This document shows, piece after piece, positions 19,794 through 29,262 of a DNA stretch of 64,000 nucleotides. This DNA comes from an uncultured Nitrospinota bacterium. Its GTDB lineage: Bacteria; Tectomicrobia; Entotheonellia; J063; CAVPRW01. Location: positions 160,001 to 224,000 of the forward strand of contig CAVPRW010000014.1 in NCBI GenBank assembly GCA_963707985.1, given 5' to 3'. The notes under the pieces were generated by a model. That model had not been told where the DNA came from, searched no databases, and worked only from the letters and a program-made list of their open reading frames with translations. Position 1 is the stretch's first letter; every line of letters begins with the position of its first letter. The position numbers and the translations under genes are program-made.

Positions 19794-20622
19794 CTACTCG
19801 CTACCGCTGGCCTGGCGCACAACCCGCATCATCACTTCATGCAAATTGGTGCCGGCAGCATTCAAGGGGTCGATGCTGCTCACCAGAGTAGTACGCAATG
19901 CGGAGAGATCTTGACTCGGCGGGTTCCTGGGCTGCCCGCACCAGGTCAAGCTTGGCCAGTTCCTGCGACTCGGCCTGGTGCGGATTGAACAACCCATTGA
20001 GCTCGGTGCATTGGTGACACGCCCCCTGTTGGTTGATCAGGGAACAGCGCTGCTCAAAAATGTGCCTCATCGTCGTCCGCGCCGCATGCAGCAGAGATGC
20101 GACGACGTCAACCGAACGCCCCAACACCTCGGCTGCTTCGTCAGCGGTGAAGGTATAGATATCACAGAGCACGAGTGTGATGTGCTCGTCCAGCGGTAAG
20201 GTCTTCAGCATGCAGGTAAAGCAAAAATCGACGTGCTCGCGCATTTCGTAGCGTGCGCGTGGGGACTCCCAGTGCGTGCGGTAAAGGAGTTCTGGGATCT
20301 CCAGGTCGGCTGCAGCCAAAGCTTTGGCTTTGTCCTGGGCCTCAACGGGCCAGCGAGCCTTGACACGGGGTTGCTCTCTGGCCATATGCGTGGCGATCGC
20401 AAAAAGCCAGGTACGCACGCTGCAGCGTCCATCAAAGGTTCCTAGACGGCTGAAGCTCTGAATCCAGACCTCCTGGGCCAAATCCTCCGCATCCTCGCGG
20501 CAGGCTGTCAGACGATAGAGGTATGATTTGAGCAACCCCTGATGCCGCAGCACCAACTGCGCAAAGGCGTCTTCATCACCGGACGTCGCCTGTGCCATCA
20601 GCTCGCTATCACCGATCTCCAT
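19794..20622 (-). CDS. ECF sigma-70 factor with Cys-rich C-terminal extension (apparent frameshift near 19910)
   Basis: Region 2 'DAEDLAQE...TWLFAIA' and region 4 'EAAEVLG...LLHAAR'. The tail RCSLINQQGACHQCTELNG continues in the +1 frame to 19794. Confidence 0.85.
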
Positions 20623-20841
20623 CAGTATTCACCACCATAGCTCGTGAGCTGCCATACGGGTTTGAGGCTTCAGATGCCGCCCTTCGCTCAATGATCACGT
20701 TAGCTCGAATTGTGTATGCACTACCCAGTCCCGGCACAGGGCCAGTGGTCGAGTCCGTAGCCCTCCAGCCGGTGTTGAGCGCATGGGCGTAATTCTCTTA
20801 GCCTATCATCCGAGCGAGTGGACCGGTTGCCTATGCCCCAC

Positions 20842-21822
20842 TTATGATGGTTCATTATAGAGGTGACAGGCCACCTGGTGGCCGTTGGTCGCTGAACGCA
20901 ACACAGGCTCGATTTCAGAGCAAACGGGCTTGGCGAACGGACAGCGCGGGTGGAAACGGCAGCCGGTAGGAGGATTCAACGGACTAGGCACCTCACCGGC
21001 GATGATCATTTCCTCACGTGGCTCATCTGGGTGTGAGGGCAAGGCTGCGGAGAACAGGGCCTGCGTGTACGGATGCAGCGGTTTGTGTCGCAGCTCATCA
21101 CTGCTGCCGAACTCGACGATTTTGCCCAGGTACATCACGGCAATGTTCGTGCTGAGATGCAGGACCGCCGCGAGGTCATGGGCGATGAGCAGATAGCTGA
21201 GACCGAATTGCTGTTGTAGGTCTTGCAACAAATTCATGATCTGCGCTCGGATGGAGACATCGAGCGCCGAGACCGGCTCATCCAGCACGATCAAACTCGG
21301 GTTCAACGACAGCGCGCGGGCGATGGCGATGCGTTGGCGCTGACCGCCGCTGAATTCGTGGGGGAAGAGATTGCTGGAGTTGGGGTTCAACCCCACCAGG
21401 CGGAGGAGCTCTTGCACACGCTCACGCATTTGCGCTTTGGGGAGCGGTTCGTTGACGACCACTGGCTCGGCGATGATGTCACCGACGCGGATACGCGGGT
21501 TCAGCGAGCTGAAGGGATCCTGGAACACAGCCTGCACACCGCGTCGGTATGTTTTCAGTTCATCGTTCGTGAGCGTCTGAATGTCGTGGCCACGAAAAAT
21601 GATGGCGCCACTCGTCGGCTTCTCCAACTTCAGGAGCAACTTCGACGTCGTGGTCTTGCCACATCCCGACTCGCCCACCAAGCCGAGCGTCTCCCCAGTG
21701 CCAATGCTATAGGATACACCGTCTACAGCTTTCACCCAGCCGATGGGCTTCTGGAAAATCACACCCTTCATGACCGGGAAATGCTTAGTGAGATCACGAA
21801 TTTCGACTAACGTATCGCTCAT
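20842..21822 (-). CDS. Oligopeptide ABC transporter ATP-binding protein (OppF/DppF family)
   Basis: GESGCGKTT, FSGGQRQR, VLDEPVSALD, C-terminal GCRFHPRC. Confidence 0.95.
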   Translation of the reverse strand: MSDTLVEIRDLTKHFPVMKGVIFQKPIGWVKAVDGVSYSIGTGETLGLVGESGCGKTTTSKLLLKLEKPTSGAIIFRGHDIQTLTNDELKTYRRGVQAVFQDPFSSLNPRIRVGDIIAEPVVVNEPLPKAQMRERVQELLRLVGLNPNSSNLFPHEFSGGQRQRIAIARALSLNPSLIVLDEPVSALDVSIRAQIMNLLQDLQQQFGLSYLLIAHDLAAVLHLSTNIAVMYLGKIVEFGSSDELRHKPLHPYTQALFSAALPSHPDEPREEMIIAGEVPSPLNPPTGCRFHPRCPFAKPVCSEIEPVLRSATNGHQVACHLYNEPS

Positions 21823-22796
21823 CGTCGCTCCCAGAGCCAGCAACGGGTAAAGTGTTGATCGCCAACCTGATATTCGGGTGGCACCTCGCGGTGACAGCGG
21901 TCCTCGGCTTTGGGGCAACGAGGGCTAAAGGGACAACCGGTAGGAAGATTGGACAGATCTGGAGGCTGCCCTTCGATACTCCACAACCGCTCGGTCTTAT
22001 CGGTGAGTTTGGGCATGGCGTTCAGCAGGGCTTCGGTATATGGATGCGCCGGTTGATTGAAGATGGTCCGCACGGGTGCCCGTTCGACGAGCTTCCCAGC
22101 ATACATCACCGCGACTTTGTCGCACATCTTGGCAACAATCCCGATGTTATGGGTGATAAAGATCATGGCCAGATTGCTACGCTGCTGAATATCCTTCAAC
22201 AGATTGAGATATTGGGCCTGGATGGTGACATCGAGGCTCGTCGTTGGCTCGTCGGCGATGAGCAGGCGTGGCTCGCAAGAGATGCCAATGGCGCCGACAA
22301 TGCGCTGACGCATGCCGCCGCTCATCTGATGGGGGTATTCGCGCATGCGTACTTCAGGGGAAGAAATGCGCACTCCCCGCAGCAGCTCCTTGATGCGTTC
22401 GGCCAAGGAGCGCCCTCGCATGCCGCGGTGGATGCGCAGCGGTTCGCCAATCTGGTCACCGATCGTGAATAGTGGATTGAGGGACATCAGGGGGTCCTGC
22501 AGGATCATGGTAATCTGGCTACCCCGGACGCGTTGCATCTCACGCTCGGTTTTGGTCAGCAGATTCTCCCCAGCAAACCAGAGCTCACCCCCCACGATCC
22601 GCGCCGCCGGGGGTAACAAGCGCAGGATGGAGAGCGACGTCACGGTCTTGCCGCTGCCGGACTCTCCCACGACCCCCATGGTTTCGCCCTCGTTCAGGGT
22701 GAAGCTCACCCCATCGACGGCTTTGACCACGCGCGTCCCCTTGGCCGAGATAAAGTAGGTTCGAAGTTGTTTGATGTCGAGCAACGGTTCAGTCAT
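21819..22796 (-). CDS. Oligopeptide ABC transporter ATP-binding protein (OppD/DppD family)
   Basis: GESGSGKT, MSGGMRQR, IADEPTTSLD, GCPFSPRC. Confidence 0.95.
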   Translation of the reverse strand: MTEPLLDIKQLRTYFISAKGTRVVKAVDGVSFTLNEGETMGVVGESGSGKTVTSLSILRLLPPAARIVGGELWFAGENLLTKTEREMQRVRGSQITMILQDPLMSLNPLFTIGDQIGEPLRIHRGMRGRSLAERIKELLRGVRISSPEVRMREYPHQMSGGMRQRIVGAIGISCEPRLLIADEPTTSLDVTIQAQYLNLLKDIQQRSNLAMIFITHNIGIVAKMCDKVAVMYAGKLVERAPVRTIFNQPAHPYTEALLNAMPKLTDKTERLWSIEGQPPDLSNLPTGCPFSPRCPKAEDRCHREVPPEYQVGDQHFTRCWLWERR

Positions 22797-22828
22797 TGTC
22801 TCCTCAACAACCAGAAGTGGGCGATGAG

Positions 22829-22875
22829 GACTGAGCTGGATGTCTTTCCTCCCCAAGCCTCAGGGCTCAGTCCTC
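22829..22875. repeat. Small intergenic inverted repeat
   Basis: GAGGACTGAG ... CTCAGTCCTC between the permease and ATPase genes; boundaries approximate. Confidence 0.35.
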
Positions 22876-22886
22876 GGTCCTGCCCT

Positions 22887-23801
22887 TTACAATTGTCGCA
22901 ACTGCGGATCGGACCAGACACGGAACCAATCACCGAGCAGGTTAGCGGCCAGGACCACAAACATGATGCACAGACCCGGCAACACACTTAACCACCAGTA
23001 GCCGGCCATGAGCCCCGACTTGCCCTCGGCGAGCATCAACCCCCAGGCCGGTTCCGGTGGCGCCACCCCCACGCCGAGGAAGCTCAGCGTCGCTTCGGTG
23101 ATGATAGATACCCCGATCTGCAACGTGGCGATCACAATGGCGCTGTTGGCCACATTGGGCAGGATATGCGTCCACATAATCTTGGCCTGGCTACACCCAG
23201 CGACGGTCGCTAAGCGCACGTAATCCCGTTCTTTGAGGCTTAATACCTCCCCACGGATGACCCGCGCATAGCGCGTCCAATAGACGAGCCCCAAGATGAG
23301 AATGATGTTCCATTTGCCCGGTTGCATCAAGACCGCGAACAAAATCGCGAAGGTCACCCCGGGCAGTGCCAACCAGGCGTCCGTGAGTCGCATAATCACC
23401 TGATCGACCCAGCCTCCCCGAAATCCTGCCATAATCCCCAGAGTCGTCCCGAGGGTGCCAGCGAAGATCGATGCTGTGACGCCCACCAGTAGGGAGATGC
23501 GTGCCCCAAAGATGAGCCGACTCAGGATATCGCGGCCCATGTGGTCCGTGCCCAGGATATATTCCCAACTCCCCTTATCTTGCCATACAGGAGGTCGATA
23601 GCGGTAGCGGAGATTACCGACCTCAGGGTTGTGCGGGGCGAGGAAGTCGGCCGCGACGGCCGCGAAGATCAGGGTGGCCAGGATCAAGAGGGGGAAGATC
23701 GGCACCCTCTGCAGCACTGAGGCGACTTTCCTCCACCGCGTCAATTCAAAGGACTGCGCCGCGAACGTGTCGCCTGTCGCAACGGCTTGGCTAGTTTCCA
23801 T
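22887..23801 (-). CDS. ABC transporter permease (DppC/OppC family)
   Basis: LGTDHMGRDILSRLIFGARISL, EATLSFLGVG, WGLMLAEG. Confidence 0.93.
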   Translation of the reverse strand: METSQAVATGDTFAAQSFELTRWRKVASVLQRVPIFPLLILATLIFAAVAADFLAPHNPEVGNLRYRYRPPVWQDKGSWEYILGTDHMGRDILSRLIFGARISLLVGVTASIFAGTLGTTLGIMAGFRGGWVDQVIMRLTDAWLALPGVTFAILFAVLMQPGKWNIILILGLVYWTRYARVIRGEVLSLKERDYVRLATVAGCSQAKIMWTHILPNVANSAIVIATLQIGVSIITEATLSFLGVGVAPPEPAWGLMLAEGKSGLMAGYWWLSVLPGLCIMFVVLAANLLGDWFRVWSDPQLRQL

Positions 23802-24711
23802 AACGGATCCTCGGATCGATGTAGGCGTAGAGAATGTCCACGATCAGGTTGACGCTGACGAACATCAACCCGCCCATGAGCACTGTGGTTTGAACAACTG
23901 GGAAATCCCGGAAGGAGATACCTTCAAACAGCAGTCGTCCGACGCCAGGCCAGGCGAAGACCGATTCCACGACCACCGCCACGTTGACCATCAGCACCAG
24001 GTTGATGCCGGCCAATGTGAGGACGGGGATCACAGCGTTTTTGAAGGCGTGTTTAAGGATCACTAAGCGCTCGGAAAGCCCCTTGATGCGGGCCAGCTTG
24101 ATGTATTCGCTGCCCAAGACCTCCAGCATGGCCGACCGCGCCAGACGCATATGGGCGGCGGTGAACACCCACCCCAGCGAGAAGGCGGGCATGATGAGAC
24201 TTTTCCAGCTTTCAGCTCCCGAACTGGGCAGCCAGTTGAGATAGACCGACAGGGTGAGGATGAGTATCAGGCCCACCCAAAAGCTGGGCAGGGACAAACC
24301 AAGAATGGCAAAGATCTTCCCGAAGTTGTCAAACCAGGTGTTGACACGTACTGCCGAGAAGATGCCGACCGGAATGCCGATCAACAACGAGATCGTCATG
24401 GCCACTGTGGCGAGCAGAATGGAGGCTGGAAGACGCTGGATGTAAAGGTCGAGAGCGGGGATACGGTAGTAGATCGACTTCCCGAAGTCCCCCCTGAGAA
24501 GGTTCTTGACGAACACCAAATACTGCACCACGATCGGCTTATCGAGCCCAAATTCCCGACGGATCGCCTGCAAATCTTCCTCTTTCGCACCCGGCTCGGC
24601 CATCAGCACCGCTGGATCGCCCGTAATCCGCACCATACTGAAGATCGTGATGCTCAAAAGAACCAACGACACGATCGCGTACAGGATACGTCGGATGATA
24701 TACCCTTGCAT
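23791..24711 (-). CDS. ABC transporter permease (DppB/OppB family)
   Basis: GDPA...GLDKP...RSAMLEVLGSEYIKLARIKGL...RDFPVVQ...IDPRIRY. Confidence 0.93.
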   Translation of the reverse strand: MQGYIIRRILYAIVSLVLLSITIFSMVRITGDPAVLMAEPGAKEEDLQAIRREFGLDKPIVVQYLVFVKNLLRGDFGKSIYYRIPALDLYIQRLPASILLATVAMTISLLIGIPVGIFSAVRVNTWFDNFGKIFAILGLSLPSFWVGLILILTLSVYLNWLPSSGAESWKSLIMPAFSLGWVFTAAHMRLARSAMLEVLGSEYIKLARIKGLSERLVILKHAFKNAVIPVLTLAGINLVLMVNVAVVVESVFAWPGVGRLLFEGISFRDFPVVQTTVLMGGLMFVSVNLIVDILYAYIDPRIRYGN

Positions 24712-25116
24712 AGTTCTTCCTTCTTCGCTGTATTGTCGACGCCTATCATTGGAGCGACATGAAGCGCCACAGCAGACGTTCTTGCCCTCTAGACGAGCGT
24801 GCGCAAGGTCATCCCAGCATTACGTGTGACTACCTCGATCACTGGGCTGCAGAAGACATCGTTTTCTACATACTAGTCCTTACTACATTGTACACTTTTT
24901 ACATCTTATCGTACATAACGTCTTGTTTGGAGTGCAGCATTTTTTCGTGGCAGTTTTCGGGCATACGTTATACTACCCGTGACGACCCCACCCCAGCGCT
25001 AGGCCACCGTGCGCCTTCCCACCGCATCTACATGGGGCCGAGCCCATGGTGGCTTATCTGGGAAATCAGACAAGCCGAACCATGAATTTGCTTCATTATA
25101 GCGTGAAAAGTTCTTC

Positions 25117-25145
25117 ATGATAGAGGGAGTTTCATAATAAATCAA
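25117..25145 (-). promoter_or_regulatory. Candidate internal promoter for the permease/ATPase genes
   Basis: Minus strand TTGATT, 17-nt spacer, TATCAT, in an AT-rich patch with repeated TTCAT motifs. Confidence 0.4.
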
Positions 25146-25186
25146 GGGTGTTTCATGGTCTTTTCTCGACCGGAACGTGGTTCGAT

Positions 25187-26725
25187 CTAGGGTTTTTTCA
25201 GCCGGAGATTCTCGTATGGCCCCGAGTAGGCGAACTGCGGGATCATGCCAAGCCCTGAGACCTCAACACGTGGCCCCGAGGCACAGATGAACGCCGGGTC
25301 AAAGAGCGGCGCGTACATGACTTTGTCATACATCAGGCGTTGGATTTGATAGAGCAAGTCCGCCCGCTTGTGGCGATCGCGCTCGACTGATTGCTGGGCG
25401 AAGAGCGCATCGATATCGGGATACCCGCCGTAGGCATAGCTCCCACCGGTGACGGCAAAGGCTTCGATACGTGTCGCGGCATTCCCGAAGGCACCGCTGA
25501 CGCCCAAAATGAGATGATTCAGCTTTTTCTCGCGCCAGGACGTGAAAAAAGCGGCGCGCTCCATAGTACGCACCTTGAGTTTGATGCCGACGGCGGTCAG
25601 GAAATTTGCCGTGCCTTCAGCGTAGGCATAAAATGGTGGGTTCGGCGTAATCTCTCCAGCGTCGAAACCGTTCGGGTAGCCCGCTTCCTTGAGCAGTTGC
25701 TTGGCCCGGGCGGGATCGTATGGATAGGGCTCACGGGGGAGCACGAAATCAAAGTCGCGGGGAATGGTGGTACCGGTGACCTTCGATAATCCAAGCGTTT
25801 CGGCTTCGTTGATGGCCTGCCGATCGATGGCGTAATTTGCCGCCAATCGTACTCGGCGGTCATGCCAGGGAGACTTCGGATCCCATTGTTCACTGAAGTA
25901 GACGAACCACACCGCTGGGGGATAAACGGGCTCCAGCTTCAGACGAGGATCACGTCGCACCTCCTCGGCCAGTGCCCCCCCGAGGCCAAAGGTAATATCC
26001 ACTTCTTGACGTTTGAGCATGGCCACACGTGTCGTTTCCTCGGGAACACCTTTGAAGACCAAGCGTTTCACCGCAGGCATCTTACGCCAATAGTGTTCAT
26101 AGGCCTCGAACACCACGCCGATCCCCGGCTCATGACTGACGAACCTATAAGGCCCAGCCCCGATGGGATGCTGCTTGAAGCCATCATCGCCCACTTGCTC
26201 GACGTATGTTTTCGGGACGATCCAGCCGGCCCCGGTCGCCGGTGTGCCAAAGAAAGTCATAAAATCGGGCCAGGGCTCCTGCAGATGAAACCGCACCCGA
26301 CGCGGATCGACAATTTCGACCTCACGCACTCGCTCCCTATACTCCCTGGCAGAAGTCCCTTTGTAGCGTAGGAAGCTGAATTTCACGTCCTCGGCGGTGA
26401 CGGGATCACCGTTATGGAAGGTCACCCCAGGACGCAGGATGAACTCGTAGGTTAGGCCATCAGCGCTTTCCGACCAGGACTCCGCCAGACTGGGAGCCAG
26501 GAGGTTATCCGGCATGGGTTTGAGGAGAGCGTCGTGGAGGGCATACAGAAACATGAACGGAGTGATAATGCCGGGGGTCTCAGCGGGATCGAACCACGTC
26601 GGCGCCAGAGTCACATGCACTCCCCAGGTCATGGTGCCCTCGGGCTTAGCCTGGGCCACCGCGCCTGATACCCAGAGCAAGATCAGCACCAGCCACAGCA
26701 CTGCCGTCATCACCCACGTGCGCAT
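25187..26725 (-). CDS. ABC transporter substrate-binding protein, family 5
   Basis: Signal peptide, PSLAESWS, FHNGDPVTAEDVKFS, PIGAGPY, VRLAANYAIDR. Confidence 0.93.
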   Translation of the reverse strand: MRTWVMTAVLWLVLILLWVSGAVAQAKPEGTMTWGVHVTLAPTWFDPAETPGIITPFMFLYALHDALLKPMPDNLLAPSLAESWSESADGLTYEFILRPGVTFHNGDPVTAEDVKFSFLRYKGTSAREYRERVREVEIVDPRRVRFHLQEPWPDFMTFFGTPATGAGWIVPKTYVEQVGDDGFKQHPIGAGPYRFVSHEPGIGVVFEAYEHYWRKMPAVKRLVFKGVPEETTRVAMLKRQEVDITFGLGGALAEEVRRDPRLKLEPVYPPAVWFVYFSEQWDPKSPWHDRRVRLAANYAIDRQAINEAETLGLSKVTGTTIPRDFDFVLPREPYPYDPARAKQLLKEAGYPNGFDAGEITPNPPFYAYAEGTANFLTAVGIKLKVRTMERAAFFTSWREKKLNHLILGVSGAFGNAATRIEAFAVTGGSYAYGGYPDIDALFAQQSVERDRHKRADLLYQIQRLMYDKVMYAPLFDPAFICASGPRVEVSGLGMIPQFAYSGPYENLRLKKP

Positions 26726-26795
26726 CCCTCTCTCCTCTCTATACTGCCAGCTTCGATCACGCGTCCTCATCCGCTGCAGACCCGTTGTGACCAGG

Positions 26796-28340
26796 TCATT
26801 TCCCCTTCAATCGCATGTCCTCGAATGGGCCAGTATAATAGAATAAGGGAATCTTCCCTAGGCTGGCCTCCTCCACTCGTGGCCCCACACCTGTATGCCA
26901 TACCCAAGCATAGAGCGGTACGAAGAGTGCCCGCTCATACGACAGGCGTTGGATGTCGAGGAGCATGGCCTCGCGTGTGCTGACATCGGTCTCGACATCC
27001 TGCTTGCGGAATAACTCATCGATATCCGGATGGTTAACGTACGCATACGTTCCAGAACTCATGACATAGTTTTCGATACGAGTCACGGCGTTGCCGAAGC
27101 CGCCTGCCCCACAGAAACCCATGCCATGCAGCTTTTTCTCCTTCCAGGCCGAAAGCCAGGCAGCGCGCTCCATCGTGCGGATTCTGCCGCGAATCCCCAC
27201 CGCGGCTAGATAGTTGATGACCGCCTCGGTCGGGCTGGAATACTGCACGGTCGTGGTCATCTCACCGGCGTCAAAGCCATTGGCATAACCCGCTTCCTTG
27301 AGCAGTTGTTTGGCGCGCTGGGGATCGTAGGCATACGGTTCCACGGGTAGGGCGAATTCGAATTCTCTCGGAATGATCGAGCCCATCACTGGCGCCGCCC
27401 CGTAGCTCTCCATCTCGGAAATGGTTTTCTTGTCAATGGCATAGTTGGCGGCCAACCGGACCCTGACATCATGCCAGGGGGACTTCGCATTGGCTTGATC
27501 GTGCAAGCAGATCCACTGTACCGATTGCCCCCCCGAGGGGATGAGCCGCAAGCGGGGATCACGCTTGACCTCTTCGCCGATGGCGCCCACCATCAGATAA
27601 GCGATATCCACCTCGCCATTCTTGAGCTGGGCCAGGCGGGTGGCCTCATCCGGCACCACTCGCATAGTGATGCGCTTGATGTGTGGGACTTTGCGCCAGT
27701 AATCTTCGAAGGCTTCCAAGACCAGTTCCAGACCCGCCTTGTGACTCACGAATTTGTAGGGGCCGGCCCCGATGGGGTGCTCGGTGAAGCCGTCGTCACC
27801 CACCTGCTCGAGATATTTTTTGGGCACGATCCACGACGCGCCGGAGGCAGGCGTGGCATAGAACAGTAAGAAATCGGGCCAGGGGGCGTGTAGATGGAAC
27901 CGGACACGCTGGGCATCTACCACTTCTACCGCTCTGACTTTCTCCTTGAGCAAATTGGCGGCAGCCCCTTTATAGCGCTCAAAAGTATACTTCACGTCCT
28001 CTGCGGTGACCGGTTCGCCGTGGTGAAACTTAATGTCTGGGCGAAGCTTGAACTCGTAGACCACTTTATCGGCACTCTCCATATAGGATTCGGCCAGGCT
28101 AGGCGTCATGCGCCCCTCGGGCATGGGCTTAAAGAGTGCATCATGCAGGCCGTACTGCACCATTGTCGGGGAGATGATGCCGGTATTCAGGCCGGGATCA
28201 AACCACGCCGGGGCCAATGTCACATGCATCGCATAGGTGAGTTCCCCCTCGGGCTTGGTGGCAGCCTGGCCCTCACCGCTAAGACAGGCCACGCCAAACG
28301 CCAGGAGAAGCACCGCGCGCTTAATCCATCGCCCAGCCAT
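26796..28340 (-). CDS. ABC transporter substrate-binding protein, family 5 (tandem paralog)
   Basis: Same motifs as its neighbour (HVTLAPxWFDP, PSLAES, PIGAGPY); AGGAGG RBS. Confidence 0.93.
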   Translation of the reverse strand: MAGRWIKRAVLLLAFGVACLSGEGQAATKPEGELTYAMHVTLAPAWFDPGLNTGIISPTMVQYGLHDALFKPMPEGRMTPSLAESYMESADKVVYEFKLRPDIKFHHGEPVTAEDVKYTFERYKGAAANLLKEKVRAVEVVDAQRVRFHLHAPWPDFLLFYATPASGASWIVPKKYLEQVGDDGFTEHPIGAGPYKFVSHKAGLELVLEAFEDYWRKVPHIKRITMRVVPDEATRLAQLKNGEVDIAYLMVGAIGEEVKRDPRLRLIPSGGQSVQWICLHDQANAKSPWHDVRVRLAANYAIDKKTISEMESYGAAPVMGSIIPREFEFALPVEPYAYDPQRAKQLLKEAGYANGFDAGEMTTTVQYSSPTEAVINYLAAVGIRGRIRTMERAAWLSAWKEKKLHGMGFCGAGGFGNAVTRIENYVMSSGTYAYVNHPDIDELFRKQDVETDVSTREAMLLDIQRLSYERALFVPLYAWVWHTGVGPRVEEASLGKIPLFYYTGPFEDMRLKGK

Positions 28341-28609
28341 GAGTATGCCTCCTGCCTTCATATGCCGTAGCTGCACGTCGAGGAGTCGTACCAACGTCTC
28401 CTGCCGTCGTAGGTGGCATTGCAGAGCCGGCATCGCTGCGGGGGCGGTGATGCCGAACGGTAAGACCCGTGCTGGGGGTGTCTAGCGGAGATCTGACTCT
28501 TGCACCGATCACTCCCTGCGCAACTCGGCAGGCCAGCTCTTGCACCTCCCCAGCGTGGTCGTCAGAGAGGTGTCGCGCGTAACGTACCGTAAAACTTGAA
28601 GGTGGAGGC

Positions 28610-28638
28610 ACTTTACTTAAATGTCCTATGGCTGTCAA
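28610..28638 (-). promoter_or_regulatory. Sigma70-type promoter of the SBP operon
   Basis: Minus strand TTGACA, 17-nt spacer, TAAAGT. Confidence 0.5.
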
Positions 28639-28830
28639 GTGCAAATCCAGCTGGATCGCATGCCCGCAGAATCCGCACGGGTGCGACCCATGCGCTGCCC
28701 CTGACCCAGGCTCTTCGCCTTGACACCGCCCCCGGCCCGCTGATACCATGACAGATCGGTTTTTGGGTGGCGAAGCGGGTGCGACGCTGTGCTCGACAGC
28801 TAGGCAGTCGAACGGAGGGGGGGTAGGTCG

Positions 28831-29235
28831 ATGGTGCAGCCGACGTATGATGATGCCAATCTGCTGCTGCGCTTGTACGAAATTCGCCGCGAGGACAAAC
28901 TGCGGCAGGCCCGTCAGTGGTTCCTATTCGAATTTACGCCAGGGGACTGGAAGCAGATCCGGGAGACGTTTTTCACTGGAGCGGAGCAGGACAACTACGT
29001 ACGAATGGTGGTAAGCTATTGGGATATGGCCTGTGCCCTGGTGAAGCAGGGTGTGCTTAACAAAGACCTATTTTATAGCACAAATGGAGAACATCTGGCC
29101 GTGTGGAACAAGACCAAGCCCTGGGTTGCCGGGGTGCGCGAGGAGTTCAAAAATCCGTTTATGCTTCGTAACCTGGAGGACATCGCTGAAGACACCATGC
29201 AGTGGCGTACACGGCAAATCGAAAAAACTCAATAG
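28831..29235 (+). CDS. Conserved hypothetical protein (DUF4760-like)
   Basis: DANLLLRLYEIRREDKLRQARQWF...VRMVVSYWDMACALV; helical protein, family assigned from memory. Confidence 0.6.
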   Translation: MVQPTYDDANLLLRLYEIRREDKLRQARQWFLFEFTPGDWKQIRETFFTGAEQDNYVRMVVSYWDMACALVKQGVLNKDLFYSTNGEHLAVWNKTKPWVAGVREEFKNPFMLRNLEDIAEDTMQWRTRQIEKTQ

Positions 29236-29262
29236 CGTTGCAGGGTGGGGGACATCGGGGTC

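Noticed and set aside
24759..25085. 108-aa plus-strand ORF in the ABC intergenic gap
   Set aside because: Atypical composition, antisense to the operon and overlapping likely regulatory DNA.
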